Assembly: GCA_000002445.1 (NCBI GenBank)
Contig: CH464491.1
Span: 1,664,001-1,728,000 of the forward strand
Length of the DNA stretch: 64,000 bases
Reading direction: 5' to 3'
DNA from: Trypanosoma brucei
Taxonomy: Eukaryota
The first letter of the stretch is position 1; the number at the start of each line of letters is the position of its first letter. Both the position numbers and the translations under genes were made by a program. This document shows positions 1 to 9,681 of this stretch, in pieces. The notes beneath the pieces are model-generated. The model saw only the letters and a list, made by a program, of their open reading frames with translations. It made no database searches and had not been told where the DNA came from.

Positions 1-1380
1 CCTCAGACTCGCGCGGTAAACAACCACATTGTCCATCAACTGCACAATAAGGCCGTTCAATGGTGCGCGCAGAACAACACCAGCGCTGGAGCACTCTGAT
101 GCGCCCCACGTCAGAAACCCCGTGACCACGGGCTGCAACCGAAAACCATCCACGACCTCCTTCATGTACACCACGCTCCCACCCTGGTTGCACTGACACA
201 CAGCACCTTGCCATGCAGCAAACGCATCGCAATCACCTCCAAAGTCGCCAACAACGAGATCATCAATAAGGTAGCGCCGTTGTTCGTACAGTGAGTCTAT
301 GAATGCTGTGCTGTTAGTTAACGACAATGTGCTCCGGAGAGCTCGTGATACGACTTCCCCGGTGATCCATCCAGTGAGCATCAACTCCCCGCTGGTATCA
401 TCTTCAAGGAGTTCCTGTCGCATCGCAAACCTGTGCCCCTCATCACTAGATGAGAGGTACTCGTCCACCTCTTCCCGGAACCGTTTCACAACCGCAAATC
501 GTGCGTGGTTCGAGAGGGGGTTAACACCGCTTATAATCAGTTGTCCGGGTATCAGTTCACGACCACTCTCCTCTAAGGCATCCCGCCAAGTATTAATCAG
601 GAAAACCTGAGCGCTGGATGGCGCAAGTACGTACACACCTGTGGTGCGATCGTCGGTAGCCATTCTCCTCACAAACTCTCTGGTGACGGGATTGGGTGAG
701 CCAAGTAAAAGCACGGCTAATGGGCGGGTATTCACAAACTGCTCCCACTCGGCATCAAACGCGGTGCTGACAACCTCCAGTCCACCGGTACCCTCGAGGG
801 AGAAAGTTCCGCTCAACTCGTACCCCATTCCCGACAATATCTTTAAGGTGAACGCATGCGACTCCTTACCGAAATATGAGTCACTCAGATACATAAACCC
901 AAGGCGGGAAAGTCGCAGGGTGACGGCAAAGTATCGAATCAGGGTCAGCAGTTCAGCGTCTGGCTCAGCGGTAGTGAAGTACAGGTGGCGATTCCACCCA
1001 CGAGCCTCATCCGAGTAAGTTAGGGGTGAGAAAGCAACTACATCGTTGTTCTTAAGGTGTTCGAGGGACCAGAGCACATTGTCGTTGCCCAGCGGACCCA
1101 CTGCTATCAAAAGCTTTCCTTTACTTGCCTCCACGGCACTCTCAAAAAGCTCCTCAATAGGCTGGTCATGGGACGAGGGTCGAATGACAGAGACTTTCAC
1201 CCCGTTGGGGATGTCTCCACGACGGGCGGCCAGCGACGCCTCGAAACCGGTGCTCAGGGCGTCAACACTCACCTTGGGGAATTTAGGGTTGTACATAAGG
1301 TAGAGAATGTTGACTGTCACCTCCGCGCCGGCAGCCACACGCACCCCAACGGACAGCAGCGCGAGGAGCGCCACCGCCAT
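1..1380 (-). CDS. 5' portion of a gene running off the window. It has a signal peptide plus a periplasmic-binding-protein-like extracellular domain, probably a receptor-type adenylate cyclase (GRESAG4-like) N-terminus.
   Basis: Hand translation of the minus strand from the ATG at 1380..1378 gives MAVALLALLSVGVRVAAGAEVTVNILYLMYNPKFPKVSVDALSTGFEASLAARRGD... with no stop down to position 1. The ORF track omits it, presumably because there is no in-window stop. The N-terminus is a hydrophobic signal peptide. The rest resembles the LIVBP-like extracellular domains of trypanosome adenylate cyclases as I remember them. The four plus-strand ORFs at 299-1398 are its antisense. Confidence 0.4.
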   Translation of the reverse strand, partial: MAVALLALLSVGVRVAAGAEVTVNILYLMYNPKFPKVSVDALSTGFEASLAARRGDIPNGVKVSVIRPSSHDQPIEELFESAVEASKGKLLIAVGPLGNDNVLWSLEHLKNNDVVAFSPLTYSDEARGWNRHLYFTTAEPDAELLTLIRYFAVTLRLSRLGFMYLSDSYFGKESHAFTLKILSGMGYELSGTFSLEGTGGLEVVSTAFDAEWEQFVNTRPLAVLLLGSPNPVTREFVRRMATDDRTTGVYVLAPSSAQVFLINTWRDALEESGRELIPGQLIISGVNPLSNHARFAVVKRFREEVDEYLSSSDEGHRFAMRQELLEDDTSGELMLTGWITGEVVSRALRSTLSLTNSTAFIDSLYEQRRYLIDDLVVGDFGGDCDAFAAWQGAVCQCNQGGSVVYMKEVVDGFRLQPVVTGFLTWGASECSSAGVVLRAPLNGLIVQLMDNVVVYRASLR

Positions 1381-3170
1381 GGTGAAGGGGCGCGGTAAGT
1401 TGGACGCAACCAACGGCGGGGCCCGGACGACACGCGAGGCAGGACGGCAATTCAATACCGCCCCGCACCCACCACACAAACGGTAATCGTTCATATTTTA
1501 AGTTTTACTAGGTTAATCGCAATGTCTTCGGAAGGAGGAGGTAGGAAAGAAGGTTGCATAGGTGGTAGAGTGGTGGACAACAACTAAAGCACTGGTGCAA
1601 TAGAAGACGGCCGAAGCAAGTCTCGAACGATCATCTCGCCGGTAGCCCACGGCACTGCGCAGAATGGCACTAACAAGCCGCCCCCTGCGCGCAACAACAA
1701 GCACGGAAAGGTGTCTTCACGCACTGTGGTGTCCAGCAACTTACGTATGGAGTGACACAAAGGGCATGGTGCCAAAGTTTGGACGGAGTGCATCTAACAA
1801 GTCAAAATGACGGGTGATAACGGCTTTGGTTTATCTTCCTTGGGGTTAGTGTCATCGCCTTCGTTCTCGTTTCGTCGGCAACCGCTCACAGGGCAAGGCA
1901 AATAAGACTGTAGATGCTGTAACTATCTAATACGCACATCGGTGTAAAACCTGAATTCTGCGTAGGAACCTCGCATGTGAGGGTGTTTAGGTTATCGATC
2001 ACAAAGAACCGTTACGTCGTTCCATGTTTTTCACACATCACAACGAGTGGGCAGCAGAAAGGGTTGCATTTTCACTGATGAATATGAGTTATGTCGACAA
2101 CAGTAATGATATCGCAGCGACTCTGCGTGAAGAGTTCATCCTCATCAACATATTTCTTCTATCAATGTATGAATTCAATGCAATACAAGCACAATTAAGT
2201 CGACGAGTTAACGCCGCGGCATCCGTGGAGGTCGAAAAGGTGCTTCACAGGTCTTGCACAGCACCAAAGAGCGGAGACTTGTTATCGTCAGGACGCAAAA
2301 CAGTCAGCACACCGCAGCGTACACCGCCGGCAAGCGTGACTCCAGGGGAGCGCATGGATGGAGCTTTAAAATCTCCGGATGATAACATCTTAAGTGTGAT
2401 GCAAAAACTAAACAGTCGACGCCAACGAAATTCACGAGTAATGATTAGACGGAAAGGCCTTATGCACCCTCTGCATTCAATCTACCCACGTCAAACTTCC
2501 ATAACTCACAAGTCGTTTGTATCTTCTACAATTCAATAACGGCATGATCCAGCATAAACCGTCAAATCCCTGTCAAAGCAGGTCGCAACTCGCCTTGCAC
2601 AATCTTCACTCAGCTGGGGTAACAAACAAAAACTGACAAAGGGGGAAAGAAACACGTCAACAGAAGCGTTATTAAGGGCACCCCAACATGAAAAAGGGAG
2701 CGAATCCGCCACCCTCAAAGCCCCCTTTCCCACCTCATATGAACGGAGAACGAAAAAAAAATTGAATAAAAAAATGAGGGGAGTTCAGTACAACAACAAA
2801 AGTAAATAAATGGCAAAAGATGACAGCATCCTTACGGTGTCTTCCCGTCCCCGTTTTGCTTCCTACGTTTATTACGTATACGTTATTTTAGTCATACCCT
2901 TTCCCATTTTGCGCAGTAACTTATGCTTCCCTACCCGTCCACTAGCACAGTCCCTTCTCTACGTTATTTTTCACACAGCTAACACACCGCCGATGCGCCT
3001 GAAGAGGCACAAAAGAGTGCGCATAGACTAGGGTCGAAGGATTAAAAATTTCCGTCCTCTGTGGACACAATAAACATCTCGGAAGATGCTCCAAAAGAAA
3101 TAAACAAATACAAAAAAATTAAGAAAAAAAAACAAGTGGTACTGTCTACTACGAACTCCTTGGTTCAACT

Positions 3171-3494
3171 TCAAACGGTTGCCTGCTCCTTCTTTGCACC
3201 ATCATCAGCAGCCGTTTCGTTAGCGCCGGGATTTTCATTGTTCTCAGGTCCGTCAGCGCGCGTCATTTCTTCCGTTTCCTCATCAGATGCACCAGGGATG
3301 TGAAGCTCATCAGGACGGCGGTGTGCAACATACAATGCAATGCCAATGCCTACCACTGTAATACCGAGGCAAACCCATACGAGTGGGAATTCCTTTTCAG
3401 TGGCACCACCCGGAGCGGGATCTGGGGCGGCGGCACGCACCACCTCCATAACGAAGGCGATGGCAAAGACAAGTGCGACGGATTTCGAGAACAT
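3171..3494 (-). CDS. Small type-I membrane protein, 107 aa (copy 1). It has a signal peptide, a short ectodomain, one TM helix and an acidic D/E-rich cytoplasmic tail.
   Basis: The ORF starting at an internal Met (cat at 3492-3494) reads MFSKSVALVFAIAFVMEVVRAAAPDPAPGGATEKEFPLVWVCLGITVVGIGIALYVAHRRPDELHIPGASDEETEEMTRADGPENNENPGANETAADDGAKKEQATV. The segment upstream of that Met in the track ORF is low-complexity F/S/L, i.e. a translated pyrimidine tract. Its orientation matches the transcription unit. Confidence 0.5.
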   Translation of the reverse strand: MFSKSVALVFAIAFVMEVVRAAAPDPAPGGATEKEFPLVWVCLGITVVGIGIALYVAHRRPDELHIPGASDEETEEMTRADGPENNENPGANETAADDGAKKEQATV

Positions 3495-4099
3495 AACGAA
3501 CTTTAAAATAGCTTGAGAGAAAAACTGCGCTAGAAGTATCCTGTCACAATAGAAGAATAGTGAAAATGAAAGAGAAAGAATCACGTCAACAGAAGCGTTA
3601 TTAAGGGCACCCCAACATGAAAAAGGGAGCGAATCCGCCACCCTCAAAGCCCCCTTTCCCACCTCATATGAACGGAGAACGAAAAAAAAATTGAATAAAA
3701 AAATGAGGGGAGTTCAGTACAACAACAAAAGTAAATAAATGGCAAAAGATGACAGCATCCTTACGGTGTCTTCCCGTCCCCGTTTTGCTTCCTGCGTTTA
3801 TTACGTATACGTTATTTTAGTCATACCCTTTCCCATTTTGCGCAGTAACTTATGCTTCCCTACCCGTCCACTAGCACAGTCCCTTCTCTACGTTATTTTT
3901 CACACAGCTAACACACCGCCGATGCGCCTGAAGAGGCACAAAAGAGTGCGCATAGACTAGGGTCGAAGGATTAAAAATTTCCGTCCTCTGTGGACACAAT
4001 AAACATCTCGGAAGATGCTCCAAAAGAAATAAACAAATACAAAAAAATTAAGAAAAAAAAACAAGTGGTACTGTCTACTACGAACTCCTTGGTTCAACT

Positions 4100-4423
4100 T
4101 CAAACGGTTGCCTGCTCCTTCTTTGCACCATCATCAGCAGCCGTTTCGTTGGCGCCGGGATTTTCATTGTTCTCAGGTCCGTCAGCGCGCGTCATTTCTT
4201 CCGTTTCCTCATCAGATGCACCAGGGATGTGAAGCTCATCAGGACGGCGGTGTGCAACATACAATGCAATGCCAATGCCTACCACTGTAATACCGAGGCA
4301 AACCCATACGAGTGGGAATTCCTTTTCAGTGGCACCACCCGGAGCGGGATCTGGGGCGGCGGCACGCACCACCTCCATAACGAAGGCGATGGCAAAGACA
4401 AGTGCGACGGATTTCGAGAACAT
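4100..4423 (-). CDS. Small type-I membrane protein, 107 aa (copy 2, identical protein).
   Basis: Same ORF 929 bp downstream with an identical amino-acid sequence from MFSKS to the stop. Confidence 0.5.
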   Translation of the reverse strand: MFSKSVALVFAIAFVMEVVRAAAPDPAPGGATEKEFPLVWVCLGITVVGIGIALYVAHRRPDELHIPGASDEETEEMTRADGPENNENPGANETAADDGAKKEQATV

Positions 4424-5401
4424 AACGAACTTTAAAATAGCTTGAGAGAAAAACTGCGCTAGAAGTATCCTGTCACAATAGAAGAATAGTGAAAATGAAA
4501 GAGTTTTGAAATAGAAACAACGCAACATCGTCCACGGGGTTCATAAATATAAATAAATTATTTTATCCAGTTTGAAAAGGGAAAAGGGGCTGAGGAAAAT
4601 TTCTTTGTTATTGCCCATCCCACATATCTTGCCTGTGGCCCCGGAAAGTGACGATGCACTTTTTCGTCTGGACCATCATTGACTTCCGATATCTTTTGTA
4701 GCTTAATTTCCGTATATTCGATCAACTAGAAAGTAGGGATGTGGAACGGAAATCAGTTACCTAACTGCGACCGCCGCAGTCCTTGAGCAGCGAAACAATC
4801 GGCAGAGGAAACAGGCATCCGTCTACGAAACGAATTTACATTTACAGAAATACGAACACGTAGTGGAAGCACGTGTGCGAAGGAAGGACAAAATGAAGCA
4901 TCAGACCCATATAAGCCCAATTACCACATTACGTTCCTTCCTTCTAACCCCCACACACAAAAGAAAAAAAAATCGTTCAGCTCACCTATCCTGCCTCACG
5001 GTGTGAGGACATGAAAGTAAGCGGAGACAACAAAGAAATAAACTCAAATGAAGTGATGAATTGGAAAAGTAGGTACTGAACGAAACATTATCCTCGGTCG
5101 AAATATAGGGAATCCCTGGTGATTTTACCCACACGCAAAAAAAAAACAAAACAAAACAAAAGAACACCGTCGGTGTATTCATATATGATGTCGTGATGAG
5201 TGTAATACTCACCGAAGGCACGATAGAACGGCCAACAAAAATGAAAATAACAGTGTCAAGAAAAATATATGTTTAAATATATATATATATCAGTAAAAAT
5301 GAGCTACGCTGTGAAGACCATGGCACAACATGGTGCCATAAAGTCGGGTACATGCAACGCACACTTGTAACCCAATTGAAGAACACGATATTCTCAAACT
5401 C

Positions 5402-7546
5402 CTACTGATAAGATACTTGAACCATTAAAAAAGAGCCATGTATAATAGATCCTTTGAGGTCTCGAAGGGGGACCTGGCGAATTCCTTTTTTTAGGGCACG
5501 TAATGGCACAACATATTCACCCAGAAGGTTATTGCTTTTGGTATCCTCGTCATACACCTGCATGACAAGGGTGGACAGTTCCCACTCGTACACCTTCCAG
5601 CAGAACTCGTTGTTTAGGCGCTCACCCCGCCAGACAGGATGAAAGCCATTATTGTGAATGGGAGATGTGTTTCGTTGGCTTTTCTCCATGCCGGGGCCCT
5701 CAATCAAGGCGGCTACGCGAGAATCCACAATACTGCTACCGGATGCATTTTTCCGCCTGGGAAGACAGAAAGCTGATATAATTTCTATTGTGAGCAACCG
5801 TGACTGCCGTTTTGGCCCCCTTGCACGTGCAATGTCCACAGCAGTCGGTTTGAGAAGGTAGCCGCAGTTACCATTGTCGCTGAAGAACCCCCTATTTAGC
5901 CTAAGCTGGTATGACTTGTAATTCTGCCAATTGAGTGCAACTAGTTGGCACCCACAATTCCAAAACGTTTGAGGATGAAAGTTACTGCTACCGATGCGAG
6001 TTCCTGTGGGGTATATGCGACTCAAACACCGATTATTGATGGCAACAAACTCCTCCTGGTTAGAAGAGGCAATTTTCCCCGCTTTCCCTTCAGTAAAAGA
6101 GCTGCAGTGATATGGTTGACGCATTTCAAGATAACTTAGATCCTCAACACCCTTATAACCAATGGATTCGATTGAAATAAGACGAGATAGTTTCTCTGAA
6201 ACCTTTGAAACCTTCTTTTTCTTTTCAGCACCCCTTGAATTCGTTTTTCCACCACCGCGACAACGCCGAGCAGTTTCAGGTGGTACGAAATTTTCCACCA
6301 CACCATCGGCTTCCTCATCCTCATCGTCGTCATCATCAACCTGTACCCCATCGGTAGGTGTAGTAGCCCGTTTGCTCTTTAGCAGAATTTTTCCCTTTAG
6401 CGCTTCCGGCGAGAATGTGAAAGAAGTCTGTTCACCAGCACCCCAAGGACTGCAGAATAGCATATCTCCGAGCGTTTCACACAAAATTTCCGCCATTCGA
6501 TCCTGTTGGCGGAGGCTAGTGTGAACCTCAAGCGACAAAATGACAGGGTATATTGAATTAACGAAAGCATACTTCTTGATCGTGCTAATACAGTCCCGGA
6601 ACCAAAGCTTGGAAGTCCTTGTGTAACCATGATAAACTACAGGCTGACCCTTGCGACCATCCCAACAATCAAGTTCAACGCAGCGGCAGCCATCCAGTAG
6701 AACCCTCTTGTACATATCCGTGGAAGATTTGCTCAAGAGTTGATCACCCGTAAGGTAGGTATTGTGCGAGGAATTGATGAAATACTCACATATCGGGCGA
6801 GTCATATCGTGGTAAACACTAGACACCTTTCTGTTGTTCACAATGGAGTTAAAGCGCCTGTCGCTGAGAAATGATAAGAATGCGTCCAAATGTACAGGAT
6901 GCTCTTCGGTACAGCCAACAGCGTCTAGAAATACGTGCAGCTCCTCACCATCGGCACCCTCTCCTTGAGTTTCCTTCAGGAAGGTAACAAACTCAGCCTT
7001 TGTCATCACGTCCCGATCGGGACCCACAATATTTCGCATTGCATATGTCAGTTCATTAAGTCTTGTCAGAGACATAAATGTCCCCTGCATCAACTTGTAG
7101 TTTGCCCTCCCCCCTGTAGCTTCCAGCTCGTCAATCATCTTTTGTGAGAGCCTTTCAGGGAAGCTCAAACCCTTCAAGATTTTCCTCAATTCACGAACGC
7201 ATATGTCCCCGCTGTTGTCGTCGTCGTACTTTATCCATATCATCATGAACTTCGCGTGATTCACATCCCATTTTATGAGATTCAGCGGATTTGCAGCACA
7301 AAAGGAAGTAAACAACTCTGCCGCCCGTGGGTTTGCACTACTTGCGCATGCAAGGAACTCGACGGCATCCTCCCGGCTGCACTTCAAAAGGTCCGTGATG
7401 GCTCCCAGCAGAGAAGAAAAGAAGGGCTGAAGCTCGTGTGCCTCAACTGCCCCTGTCGAAAGATGCTCATCAACGAGGTTGCCGGTACGGTGGGAGTAAC
7501 ATGCGAGTTTCTCTTCTGAGAGCCCACGTGACGTACACCCTCCCAT
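5402..7546 (-). CDS. PLC: Phosphoinositide-specific phospholipase C (PI-PLC), 714 aa.
   Basis: The X-box catalytic region contains SSHNTYL and [11 protein letters not shown]-box region ([14 protein letters not shown]...QLVALNWQ) is followed by a C-terminal C2-like region. A D/E-rich linker lies between X and Y. The N-terminus MGGCTS is an N-myristoylation / palmitoylation consensus. An EF-hand-like segment ([17 protein letters not shown]) is present. Confidence 0.85.
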   Translation of the reverse strand: MGGCTSRGLSEEKLACYSHRTGNLVDEHLSTGAVEAHELQPFFSSLLGAITDLLKCSREDAVEFLACASSANPRAAELFTSFCAANPLNLIKWDVNHAKFMMIWIKYDDDNSGDICVRELRKILKGLSFPERLSQKMIDELEATGGRANYKLMQGTFMSLTRLNELTYAMRNIVGPDRDVMTKAEFVTFLKETQGEGADGEELHVFLDAVGCTEEHPVHLDAFLSFLSDRRFNSIVNNRKVSSVYHDMTRPICEYFINSSHNTYLTGDQLLSKSSTDMYKRVLLDGCRCVELDCWDGRKGQPVVYHGYTRTSKLWFRDCISTIKKYAFVNSIYPVILSLEVHTSLRQQDRMAEILCETLGDMLFCSPWGAGEQTSFTFSPEALKGKILLKSKRATTPTDGVQVDDDDDEDEEADGVVENFVPPETARRCRGGGKTNSRGAEKKKKVSKVSEKLSRLISIESIGYKGVEDLSYLEMRQPYHCSSFTEGKAGKIASSNQEEFVAINNRCLSRIYPTGTRIGSSNFHPQTFWNCGCQLVALNWQNYKSYQLRLNRGFFSDNGNCGYLLKPTAVDIARARGPKRQSRLLTIEIISAFCLPRRKNASGSSIVDSRVAALIEGPGMEKSQRNTSPIHNNGFHPVWRGERLNNEFCWKVYEWELSTLVMQVYDEDTKSNNLLGEYVVPLRALKKGIRQVPLRDLKGSIIHGSFLMVQVSYQ

Positions 7547-7954
7547 TCCGTTCGAATATGAACTAAACCCCGCTTACAGAAAGGGGCGTCTCAATCGCCT
7601 CAATTTCGTTTCGTTCAGTCTTTTTGGTCAGTGCAGGTTTCTTTCTTTTTTCGTTTGGCGTCCCCTCCTCTGCTTAGTGTGTGCCACCCTTGATATTACC
7701 CCCAGTATGTCTTGCCTACCACATTGGACGAGGGGGAAAAAGAGAGAGGAGCATGTTGGTGTAGTTATCGTTTGGAAACTCAAAACACCTCCACACGAGG
7801 AGAGCACAAGAACATTTGGAAACACTAATACTGTGCACATGCCCGCAAATATCTATGTCTCTATGCCTACATCGCCCATTACCTTACTGAGTGCGTTGGG
7901 CGCCCAGCACAGGCGAAAGAGTAAACTCCATATTACATGTATGTATGGAACCGG

Positions 7955-9130
7955 TTAGATGCGAGTTGTTCCGTTGGGTGTGGGTGCTCTTCTCAGCAGC
8001 ATTTCACTCTCCGTTGCCTGACGAAGGGCCCGACTCATCTCTTCCAACTCTGCGCGCTGCTGCAAATGGACCTTGAGTTTCTTCGCCTCCCTTTCCCAGT
8101 GATTATGCTCATCTTCCGCGGCAATATACCGTTCACGCCCTTCAGCTATCGCTTGACGCAAACGTTCCTCCTCTTCCGCACTGTTCGATGCCGATAAGCT
8201 ACTGTAGCGTCGTTTTTCTTCCCTGTACTTCATTTTGATCTCCTCCGCCTGCTCAGCCCAATAGCTTAATAGTGCCCGGACTTTGGCGTCCCTAATGACT
8301 ATCCGGCGGACCAGCCGTTGTCTCTCCTGACAAATATTATAACGCGCCTCTTGGATCTGTTTGCTGAGTGCTGACAACTCCACACCCGTATCACGCACCT
8401 CTCTATGGCACTGTCGAAGCCGCTCGTACAGCAGTTCTCGGTACAGTGAATTTTCGTTAACATAGGCTTCCTTCCCCGAAAAGAGTTCCGCTACACATGA
8501 AGGGAATTTGGTCGGTGCGGGGCACTCCCGACTCTTAATCTCAACTAGTAAGGAAGAAAGCTCATTCACAAGGTTCACCATCGTAGTTTTATCTGCGCTA
8601 TTTAAGCAATGGACCTCCTGTTCGCCTCCCTGGTAGTCCGACGTTTGCTCCTTCGGAACAAAGTGTGTAGCACCATGATAACGAATCGAATCCCGTTCCA
8701 TGTCGTTAACACATTCTAGCAGCCGCCTGCAAGAAGCATCTCGCTGTATCAGCTGAAATTGAATACCCTCCAGGAGTTGAACAATGTTTAGCTCGTCACT
8801 ACCATTTTCATCTTGGGGAAGTGCATCTCTCCCACTTAGAGGCGGAGGAACATACGGCGGCCGCTCAAACTTAACGCCTCGTGCCGATTGGAGAACAAAG
8901 AAATCACGGAGTAATTCCTCAGAGGGGCAACCAACATCGACTTCTTCCATTAGCGACGAGGGCAACAGTCCTCTAACTCCTTCTAAGGTCTTCCCGGTCC
9001 ACCACCCGCTCGGGTGCTTTTCCATAACAAAAATGAGGTCGCCCTCGCGAAATCGCAAATAATGACGACCGGGACCCTCGTAGTCATCAAGTGCGCATGC
9101 AATAGACATTTGCACTCTGTTGGACCCCAA
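7955..9130 (-). CDS. Hypothetical protein with an N-terminal SH3 domain and a C-terminal coiled coil, 391 aa.
   Basis: ALDDYEGPGRHYLRFREGDLIFVMEKHPSGWWTGKTLEGVRGLLPSSLMEEV fits the SH3 consensus (ALYDY...GD.I......WW.G...G..G.FP..YV). The C-terminal 150 aa are heptad-rich with many E/R/L residues. Confidence 0.55.
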   Translation of the reverse strand: MGSNRVQMSIACALDDYEGPGRHYLRFREGDLIFVMEKHPSGWWTGKTLEGVRGLLPSSLMEEVDVGCPSEELLRDFFVLQSARGVKFERPPYVPPPLSGRDALPQDENGSDELNIVQLLEGIQFQLIQRDASCRRLLECVNDMERDSIRYHGATHFVPKEQTSDYQGGEQEVHCLNSADKTTMVNLVNELSSLLVEIKSRECPAPTKFPSCVAELFSGKEAYVNENSLYRELLYERLRQCHREVRDTGVELSALSKQIQEARYNICQERQRLVRRIVIRDAKVRALLSYWAEQAEEIKMKYREEKRRYSSLSASNSAEEEERLRQAIAEGRERYIAAEDEHNHWEREAKKLKVHLQQRAELEEMSRALRQATESEMLLRRAPTPNGTTRI

Positions 9131-9681
9131 CCCGACCCAGGTCTATTGTCCTTTGCACGTCCAAAGCATCGATAAGGTGACAATGGAAAGAAAAAAAAAG
9201 GGAGAAAACTTACGCGAAGCCGTATAAGGTAATGAGCGATGGCAAAAAAAAAACAAATTAATCACGACGCAACAGATTCCCCACACATCGACCCAAAGCA
9301 TGCCCGCATGCCTCACCAAACAAAAAATGAATAACACACAGAGAAGCAACCTCCCTCCTTTTTTACACGAATAATTATGTCATGACTTCAAGCTGTACAC
9401 GCGCGCGCCCGTAATGAAACAACATCGTATAACCTATAAGCATCTGCATAAAGAACTGACTTTTGGAAAAAAAAAGCACAGTTAATAGCCGTTTGCACGC
9501 ACACACACATAAGTGAATTGTATGATAGTGGATGGCACGCGCATGCTGCAACAAAACGGACGTCGCCTGCATACATTAACTGGTAAAAAGAGAAATACTC
9601 ACGGCGCTACAAAGTTACTAACAAGAGGAACAAAACAAGCACAGTCGTAGTCCCTTGATGATGGCACCCCGCACATTGACC

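Larger units (their letters stand above)
2649..4502. repeat. Direct tandem duplication, 2 x ~929 bp, ~99% identical. Each unit carries one copy of a small membrane-protein gene plus its flanks.
   Basis: The ORF-track triplets are duplicated at a 929-bp offset (2810/3739, 3061/3990, 3171-3662/4100-4528). Visible sequence identity includes gaatcacgtcaacagaagcgttattaagggcaccccaacatg at 2651 and 3580. Only two point differences were seen (2866 a/g, 3214 a/g). Confidence 0.9.

Noticed and set aside
2024-2539. 171-aa plus-strand ORF between the adenylate-cyclase-like gene and the tandem repeat.
   Set aside because: It has the wrong strand for the transcription unit, no recognisable motif, and starts inside an AT-rich spacer. 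It is probably a chance ORF.
2810-4435. Duplicated plus-strand ORFs of 73, 80 and 68 aa inside the 929-bp tandem repeat.
   Set aside because: They lie on the non-transcribed strand of a unidirectional unit. They have low-complexity Y/V/F composition and overlap the more convincing minus-strand signal-peptide/TM ORF. Their duplication is explained by the DNA repeat itself.
7551-7565. A gttcgaata sequence resembling a tRNA T-loop/B-box.
   Set aside because: It does not match the GGTTCGANTCC consensus, and no A-box or cloverleaf-compatible flanks were evident.
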